DNA of 32,000 bases from Xylanibacter ruminicola 23 (GTDB taxonomy: Bacteria > Bacteroidota > Bacteroidia > Bacteroidales > Bacteroidaceae). Shown piece by piece: positions 26,801 to 32,000 of this stretch; positions within the stretch are counted from its first letter, which is position 1; every line of letters starts with the position of its first letter. A model generated the notes under the pieces. That model did not search any database. It saw only the letters and a program-made list of their open reading frames with translations, and had not been told where the DNA came from. The position numbers and the translations under genes were made by a program. Location of the stretch: the NCBI RefSeq assembly GCF_000025925.1, contig NC_014033.1, positions 2,970,001-3,002,000 on the forward strand, given 5' to 3'.

Positions 26801-27049
26801 ATGAAGAGATATCTGAAAGAACTAGAACTGGCGAGCGCCCTATTATTGGTCATCGGCGTGATACTATCGATGGTAAAAAGCTATGCTATCGGAGCCTGGC
26901 CATGCGGCGTGGGATTGCTGATGTTCCTAGCAGTATTTCTCTATAAAGCCTTCCACTGGAAGGAATACGAGCGCGAAAACAAGCAGTATATCGTAATTCT
27001 GCTCATCTGCATCTTCTTACTAATCATTCAAATGGTAATGGCAAAATGA
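26801..27049 (+). CDS. Small hypothetical membrane protein (82 aa, about 3 predicted transmembrane helices)
   Basis: It has three hydrophobic stretches: ASALLLVIGVILSMV, AWPCGVGLLMFLAVFLY and YIVILLICIFLLIIQMVM. The gene starts 3 nt after the dtd stop and overlaps the next gene by 4 nt (ATGA). I recognise no family. Confidence 0.55.
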   Translation: MKRYLKELELASALLLVIGVILSMVKSYAIGAWPCGVGLLMFLAVFLYKAFHWKEYERENKQYIVILLICIFLLIIQMVMAK

Positions 27050-27372
27050 CGATAAAAGAAGCACAAGAGGCGGTTGACCGCTGGATAAAAGAATATGGCG
27101 TACGCTACTTTTCAGAGCTGACAAATATGGCTGTTTTGACCGAAGAAGTAGGCGAACTGGCCCGTGTGATGGCCCGCAAGTACGGCGATCAGAGCTTTAA
27201 AGAAGGCGAGAAAGACAACCTGGGCGAAGAGATGGCCGATATCCTTTGGGTACTGCTCTGTCTGGCCAATCAGACAGGCGTAGATCTGACTGAAGAATTG
27301 CAGAAATCCATCGAGAAAAAGACCCAGCGCGATTCGCTTCGCCACATACACAACGAGAAATTAAAAGCATAA
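27046..27372 (+). CDS. MazG-like nucleotide pyrophosphohydrolase (small all-alpha NTP-PPase)
   Basis: 108 aa. The metal-binding motifs of the MazG/all-alpha NTP pyrophosphatase fold are present: LTEEVGELARV and LGEEMADILWVLLCLAN. Confidence 0.85.
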   Translation: MTIKEAQEAVDRWIKEYGVRYFSELTNMAVLTEEVGELARVMARKYGDQSFKEGEKDNLGEEMADILWVLLCLANQTGVDLTEELQKSIEKKTQRDSLRHIHNEKLKA

Positions 27373-27401
27373 CAGTTTTAACAATATAACAACAAGCAAT
27401 T

Positions 27402-28337
27402 ATGGCAGAACACAAGCACGAGCATGAGCATCATCACCACTTTGAGATGCCTCAGAAGAGCCGCATGGAAGAGGCTCTGAGTAAGTACAACCTCGACATT
27501 ACCGACGAGGAAGTGAAGGAAGCAGTGAAGACAATCATTGCCGAGAAAGTAGCCGAGAACGACACCCTTGAGGTAAAGAAATTCCTGATGGGTAGCGTGG
27601 AACTCACCACTCTGAAAACTACCGATAGCGACGAGAGCGTACTGGCCTTTACCGAGCGCGTAAACCAGTTCGAAGAGCAGTACCCTAACCTACCCCACGT
27701 AGCCACCATCTGCGTATATCCACGCTTTGCAAAAGTGGTTTCTGAGACACTTGAGATTGAAGGTGTTGAGGTAGCATGCGTATCTGGCTCATTCCCCTCA
27801 TCACAGGCTCTTATCGAGGTTAAAACCATCGAGACCGGTTTGGCTGTTAAGGACGGCGCTACCGAAATTGATATGGTACTGAGCGTAGGTGCATTCCTTT
27901 CAGGCGATTACGAGACCTGTATCGACGAGATACAGCAGATAAAAGAGGCGTGTGGCGATGCCAAACTGAAGGTTATCCTGGAGACTGGTTGCCTGAAGAC
28001 TGCACAGAACATCAAAACAGCATCAATCCTGGCTATGTACGCCGGCGCCGACTATATCAAAACCTCAACAGGCAAGCTGGAACCCGCTGCAACACCCGAG
28101 GCTGCCTACGTGATGTGCCAGGCCATCAAGGAATACTACGACCAGACAGGCATTATGATTGGTTTTAAGCCCGCTGGAGGCCTTAACAGCGTGATGGACG
28201 CATTGATATACTACACCATCGTAAAAGAGGTTCTGGGCGAAAAATGGCTTACCAACCAGATGTTCCGCATGGGTACATCACGCCTGGCCAACCTGCTGTT
28301 GAGCGAGGTGATTGGCGAAGAGGTAAAATTCTTCTAA
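27402..28337 (+). CDS. deoC: Deoxyribose-phosphate aldolase (long form) with a His-rich N-terminus
   Basis: 311 aa. It has TEIDMVL and the Schiff-base lysine context GADYIKTSTGK, plus the C-terminal FRMGTSR. The N-terminus is MAEHKHEHEHHHHFEM. Confidence 0.88.
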   Translation: MAEHKHEHEHHHHFEMPQKSRMEEALSKYNLDITDEEVKEAVKTIIAEKVAENDTLEVKKFLMGSVELTTLKTTDSDESVLAFTERVNQFEEQYPNLPHVATICVYPRFAKVVSETLEIEGVEVACVSGSFPSSQALIEVKTIETGLAVKDGATEIDMVLSVGAFLSGDYETCIDEIQQIKEACGDAKLKVILETGCLKTAQNIKTASILAMYAGADYIKTSTGKLEPAATPEAAYVMCQAIKEYYDQTGIMIGFKPAGGLNSVMDALIYYTIVKEVLGEKWLTNQMFRMGTSRLANLLLSEVIGEEVKFF

Positions 28338-28350
28338 TTAGTGATAGACT

Positions 28351-28372
28351 CAGTCCTTCTTACGGAGGACTG
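28351..28372. terminator. Hairpin 1 of the deoC/polyprenyl-synthase convergent intergenic region
   Basis: CAGTCCT (28351-28357) pairs with AGGACTG (28366-28372) around an 8-nt loop. Confidence 0.4.
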
Positions 28373-28386
28373 CAGTCCTTTAACCA

Positions 28387-28424
28387 AAGTACTCCAGTCC
28401 TTTAATACTAGGACTGGAGTACTT
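28387..28424. terminator. Hairpin 2: 15-bp perfect stem, probable bidirectional terminator between convergent genes
   Basis: AAGTACTCCAGTCCT (28387-28401) pairs perfectly with AGGACTGGAGTACTT (28410-28424) around an 8-nt loop. There is no long T-tract on either side. Confidence 0.55.
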
Positions 28425-28451
28425 TCGTATAAGAACTGAGGGCATACCACC

Positions 28452-29429
28452 CTATTTATTTCGCTGAATAACGTAGTCGAGATAAGCCTTAAACGAATCC
28501 TGAAGCTCTGGTTTCACGCATTCATCGATGAAACTACGAGCCTCGCGGGCAAACTCTTCCATCTTTCTTTCGGCATATTTTATACCGCCATACTGCTTGG
28601 CAAACTCGATAAGAACAGCAATCTCGTCCTTATTAATAGTACCTGACTTTACCTTCTTAGCCAACGTTAACATAGCAGAAGAAGAATAGTGTGTAAGCGA
28701 ATAGATAATAGGCAAAGTAAGCTTACCCTCCAACATATCATTACCAGTTGGCTTACCAATTTCGGCAGAATCGTAATAATCAAAAATATCGTCGCGAATC
28801 TGGAATATCATACCCACATTATGTCCGAATTTTGCAGCTTTTTCGATCATCTCTTCGGATGCACCAACAGAGATGGCACCAAGGATACAGCACGACTCGA
28901 ACAATACAGCCGTTTTCTGGTCAATTACCTGATAATAAACATCTTCCGAGATATCCTGATTCGAGATATTCGACAACTGAAGCACCTCGCCTGCGGCTAA
29001 CTTACGGCCGAGCTCAGCCAGATGTTGTACGATTCTATGATTATCAGAAAGCGCCACACGCAACAGGGCAGTAGACAGGATATAATCGCCCACTAGCACA
29101 GCCACCTTATTATTATAAGCTGCGTTTACTGAAGGCTGACCGCGACGCTCAGAACTCTCATCCACCACATCGTCGTGAACCAAACTGGCTGTATGCAGCA
29201 ACTCCAATCCAAGAGCAGCATTCTGTGTAACATCCGATATCTCACCAAGGTTTCTGGCCGTAAGGAAAACCAGCATGGGGCGCATACGCTTCCCTCCCCT
29301 TTCGCGGATATGCTTCAGTATCTGCTCAAGCATACCCTCACCATGAGTCAAACTCTGTTTAAACAACTCAACAAAGTTGTTCATATCACCATCGATTGGC
29401 TTTCTAATAGTCGATAAATAATCCATCAT
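28452..29429 (-). CDS. Polyprenyl diphosphate synthase (trans-isoprenyl, IspB/octaprenyl-type; chain length not determinable)
   Basis: 325 aa. The first Asp-rich motif is LVHDDVVDES and the second is FQIRDDIFDY, both of the DDxxD type. Confidence 0.88.
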   Translation of the reverse strand: MMDYLSTIRKPIDGDMNNFVELFKQSLTHGEGMLEQILKHIRERGGKRMRPMLVFLTARNLGEISDVTQNAALGLELLHTASLVHDDVVDESSERRGQPSVNAAYNNKVAVLVGDYILSTALLRVALSDNHRIVQHLAELGRKLAAGEVLQLSNISNQDISEDVYYQVIDQKTAVLFESCCILGAISVGASEEMIEKAAKFGHNVGMIFQIRDDIFDYYDSAEIGKPTGNDMLEGKLTLPIIYSLTHYSSSAMLTLAKKVKSGTINKDEIAVLIEFAKQYGGIKYAERKMEEFAREARSFIDECVKPELQDSFKAYLDYVIQRNK

Positions 29430-29445
29430 TATCAGAATTTTGGCA

Positions 29446-29453
29446 CAAAAATA
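29446..29453 (-). promoter_or_regulatory. -7 promoter box (TAnnTTTG) for the polyprenyl synthase
   Basis: The minus strand reads TATTTTTG, 16 nt upstream of the ATG at 29429. Confidence 0.5.
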
Positions 29454-29485
29454 ACAAATAATTCCGTTATTAAAAAATAATTTGG

Positions 29486-29493
29486 TAATTTTG
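29486..29493 (+). promoter_or_regulatory. -7 promoter box (TAnnTTTG) for polA
   Basis: TAATTTTG lies 20 nt upstream of the ATG at 29514. Confidence 0.5.
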
Positions 29494-29513
29494 AGGCGAA
29501 AATTAAGAAAGTT

Positions 29514-32000
29514 ATGCAGAAATTGTTCCTTTTAGACGCTTACGCACTCATTTATCGCAGCTATTATGCGTTTATCAAAAACCCGCGAATCAACTCGAAG
29601 GGCTTGAATACGAGTGCTATTATGGGATTCCTGAACACGCTGAACGAGGTGCTCACCAAAGAGAAACCTACCCATATCGGCGTGGCATTCGATCCCCATG
29701 GTCCTACGTTCCGCAGCGAGGCTTTCCCTGCCTATAAAGCCCAGCGCGAAGAAACACCCGAAGATATCCGAAAGGCAGTTCCTATCATTAAAGATCTGCT
29801 TAAAGCATACCGCATACCCATCCTGCAAGTAGATGGCTTCGAAGCCGATGATGTGATTGGTACTTTGGCCGAAAAAGCCGGTTCCATCGGTGTTGAAACC
29901 TATATGCTGACACCCGATAAGGACTACGGACAGCTGGTACGCGACAATGTATTCATTTACCGTCCGCGTCATGGAGGCGGTTATGAAACAATGGGCCCAA
30001 AGGAGATTTGCGAGAAATATAACATCCCCTCGCCTATGGCGGTGATTGATTTGCTGGCGCTGATGGGCGACTCGGCCGATAACTTCCCGGGCTGTCCTGG
30101 TGTTGGCGAGAAAACTGCCGCTAAACTCATCGACGAGTTCGGAAGCATCGAACAGTTGTTGGCACGTTCGTCAGAAATAAAAGGTAAGCTCCGCGAAAAA
30201 GTGGAGCAACATGTTGAGGACATCAAGATGAGCTACTTCCTGGCAACCATCAAAACCGATGTACCCATCGAGCTCGATATGGAAAATTTGAAACTCGTGG
30301 AACCAAACGAGGACGAATTGGGCAAATTGCTCACAGAACTGGAGATGAAGAGCTTCGCAGACAGAGTTCTTAAAAAAAGCCAAAAACCGCAAAAAGTCGT
30401 AAATCAGCAACTCGATCTCTTTGCAGAATTTGCGACCGACGGGCAAGCTGTGAACGAAAACACGAGTTTTGAGACGCTAAAAACTACGCCTCACAACTAC
30501 AAACTCGTTGAAAATCAGGAGGATTTGAAGAAACTTTGTGATTATTTCTTGACAAACAAAATTCTCAGTCTAGACACGGAGACCACTTCAACCAGCGCTA
30601 TCGACGCAGAATTGGTAGGTTTGAGCTTCGCCGTAAAGGAATTCGAGGCGTTTTACGTACCCGTTCCAGCCAATCGTGAAGAAGCGTTGCAAATTGTTAA
30701 TATCTTTAAACCCGCATACGAGAACCCCGAAATTCTAAAAGTTGGTCAGAATTTGAAGTACGACCTCGAGGTGCTCAGAAATTACGGCATCGAACTGAAA
30801 GGAAAAATGTGGGACACGATGATAGCCCACTATCTCATCCAGCCCGAACTGCATCATAACATGGACTACATGGCTGAGATCTATCTGAACTATCAAACCA
30901 TCCACATCGAAGAACTCATCGGCCCAAAAGGCAAGAACCAAAAATCGATGCGCTCTCTCCCACCCTCACAGGTTTACGAGTATGCCGCCGAGGATGCTGA
31001 TATCACACTGCGACTAAAGAATAAACTGGAACCAGAGTTGAAGAAGGCCGAGTGCGAAGACCTATTCTATAATATAGAGATGCCACTGATGCCTGTATTG
31101 GCTGAAATGGAGTTGAATGGTGTTTGTTTGGATACAGCATCTCTGGCCGAAACGTCAAAACAATTCACCAACCGCATGAACGAAATCGAAGCCCGTATCT
31201 ACGAGTTGGCAGGCGAACAGTTTAACATCGCATCGCCAAAGCAAGTTGGTGAGATACTCTTCGACAAGCTCAAGATAGTAGAGAAGGCCAAGAAAACTAA
31301 AACTGGACAGTATGTTACTTCGGAAGAAGTTTTGCAGCAACTCCGAAACAAGCACGAGATAGTTGCAGACATATTGGAACACAGAGGGTTAAAGAAGCTG
31401 ATAGGCACCTACATCGATGCCCTACCTAAGCTTATTAACCCTAAAACCGGTCATATCCACACCTCGTTTAATCAAACGATTACCGCTACCGGACGCTTGT
31501 CGTCGTCCGATCCTAACCTGCAGAATATCCCCATTCGTGGTGAGGATGGCAAGGAAATCCGAAAGGCATTCATTCCAGAACCAGGTTGTCTGTTCTTTTC
31601 AGCCGACTATAGTCAGATTGAGCTGCGCGTTATGGCTCATCTCTCGCAGGATGCCGAAATGATAAAAGTGTTCAGCGAGGGTAAGGATTTGCATGCCGCC
31701 ACAGCTGCCAATATATACAAAAAGCCCATCGAAGAGGTTACACGCGACGAACGAACCAAATCGAAACGCGCCAACTTCGGTATCATCTACGGTATAACCG
31801 TATTTGGACTTGCTGAGCGTCTGGATATCCCTCGCGACGAAGCTAAGATGCTGATAGACGGTTACTTCGACACCTTCCCACAGGTACACGATTATATGGA
31901 AAAATCTAAAGAAGTGGCTCGCGAGAAGGGTTACGTCACTACCCTATTCGGTCGTCGCCGCTATCTGCCAGATATTAACAGCCACAATGCTACCGTTCGC
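29514..32000 (+). CDS. polA: DNA polymerase I; 3' end cut by window edge
   Basis: This gene is absent from the ORF track because it runs off the edge. From ATG 29514 the frame stays open for 829 codons to position 32000. It has a 5' nuclease domain (MQKLFLLDAYALIYRSYYAF ... GFEADDVIGTLA ... DNFPGCPGVGEKTA) and 3'-5' exonuclease motifs (LSLDTETTS, NLKYD, YAAEDAD). The polymerase motifs are A (FFSADYSQIELRVMAH) and B (RTKSKRANFGIIYG). Confidence 0.95.
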   Translation, partial: MQKLFLLDAYALIYRSYYAFIKNPRINSKGLNTSAIMGFLNTLNEVLTKEKPTHIGVAFDPHGPTFRSEAFPAYKAQREETPEDIRKAVPIIKDLLKAYRIPILQVDGFEADDVIGTLAEKAGSIGVETYMLTPDKDYGQLVRDNVFIYRPRHGGGYETMGPKEICEKYNIPSPMAVIDLLALMGDSADNFPGCPGVGEKTAAKLIDEFGSIEQLLARSSEIKGKLREKVEQHVEDIKMSYFLATIKTDVPIELDMENLKLVEPNEDELGKLLTELEMKSFADRVLKKSQKPQKVVNQQLDLFAEFATDGQAVNENTSFETLKTTPHNYKLVENQEDLKKLCDYFLTNKILSLDTETTSTSAIDAELVGLSFAVKEFEAFYVPVPANREEALQIVNIFKPAYENPEILKVGQNLKYDLEVLRNYGIELKGKMWDTMIAHYLIQPELHHNMDYMAEIYLNYQTIHIEELIGPKGKNQKSMRSLPPSQVYEYAAEDADITLRLKNKLEPELKKAECEDLFYNIEMPLMPVLAEMELNGVCLDTASLAETSKQFTNRMNEIEARIYELAGEQFNIASPKQVGEILFDKLKIVEKAKKTKTGQYVTSEEVLQQLRNKHEIVADILEHRGLKKLIGTYIDALPKLINPKTGHIHTSFNQTITATGRLSSSDPNLQNIPIRGEDGKEIRKAFIPEPGCLFFSADYSQIELRVMAHLSQDAEMIKVFSEGKDLHAATAANIYKKPIEEVTRDERTKSKRANFGIIYGITVFGLAERLDIPRDEAKMLIDGYFDTFPQVHDYMEKSKEVAREKGYVTTLFGRRRYLPDINSHNATVR

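Noticed and set aside
1-32000. A scan for CRISPR arrays, tRNA or rRNA genes, riboswitch-length leaders, integrases, transposases, toxin-antitoxin pairs, restriction-modification or other defence modules, reverse transcriptases and phage genes.
   Set aside because: None was seen. Apart from the 323-bp uvrC-dtd spacer, intergenic gaps are at most about 190 bp and are accounted for by promoters or hairpins. Every long ORF has a housekeeping or conserved-hypothetical assignment. The scan was by eye, so short or degenerate RNA genes could have been missed.

Overview
This window looks like ordinary core chromosome from a Bacteroidota genome, probably Bacteroidales or Prevotella-like. That inference rests on the recurring TAnnTTTG -7 promoter boxes, the absence of Shine-Dalgarno-type spacing, and the gene content. 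I call 27 protein-coding genes. CDS coordinates include the stop codon.

Two genes run off the window edges and are missing from the supplied ORF track: a TonB-dependent receptor (1-1959, minus strand) and polA (29514-32000, plus strand).

Gene order:
- TonB-dependent receptor, then an M16 peptidase and CAT-like acetyltransferase operon.
- A DUF2520 Rossmann protein.
- A DUF2851-dprA operon.
- dusB, an SGNH/CE2-like esterase and lemA.
- A 17-gene co-directional plus-strand run: ruvB, coaD, ybeY, FMN-binding protein, FucI-like protein, SAM methyltransferase, GNAT-like protein, parE, S41 peptidase fused to rhodanese, mnmG, apt, uvrC, dtd, small membrane protein, MazG-like protein, deoC.
- A convergent polyprenyl synthase, then polA.

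I found no rRNA, tRNA, CRISPR array, integrase, transposase or recognisable defence module, and I cannot honestly point to a clear novel multi-gene system.

The items most worth a second look are:
1. Two perfect 16-bp parS (ParB-binding) sites that exactly bracket apt.
2. A ~190-bp imperfect palindrome with GTGAC iterons and a ~93% AT core in the uvrC-dtd spacer.
3. A fusion of an S41 protease with a rhodanese domain.
4. A tightly coupled DUF2851-dprA operon.
5. An uncharacterised FMN-binding / isomerase-like / methyltransferase trio.

Several ORF-track start codons are corrected using promoter boxes, signal peptides and neighbouring genes.
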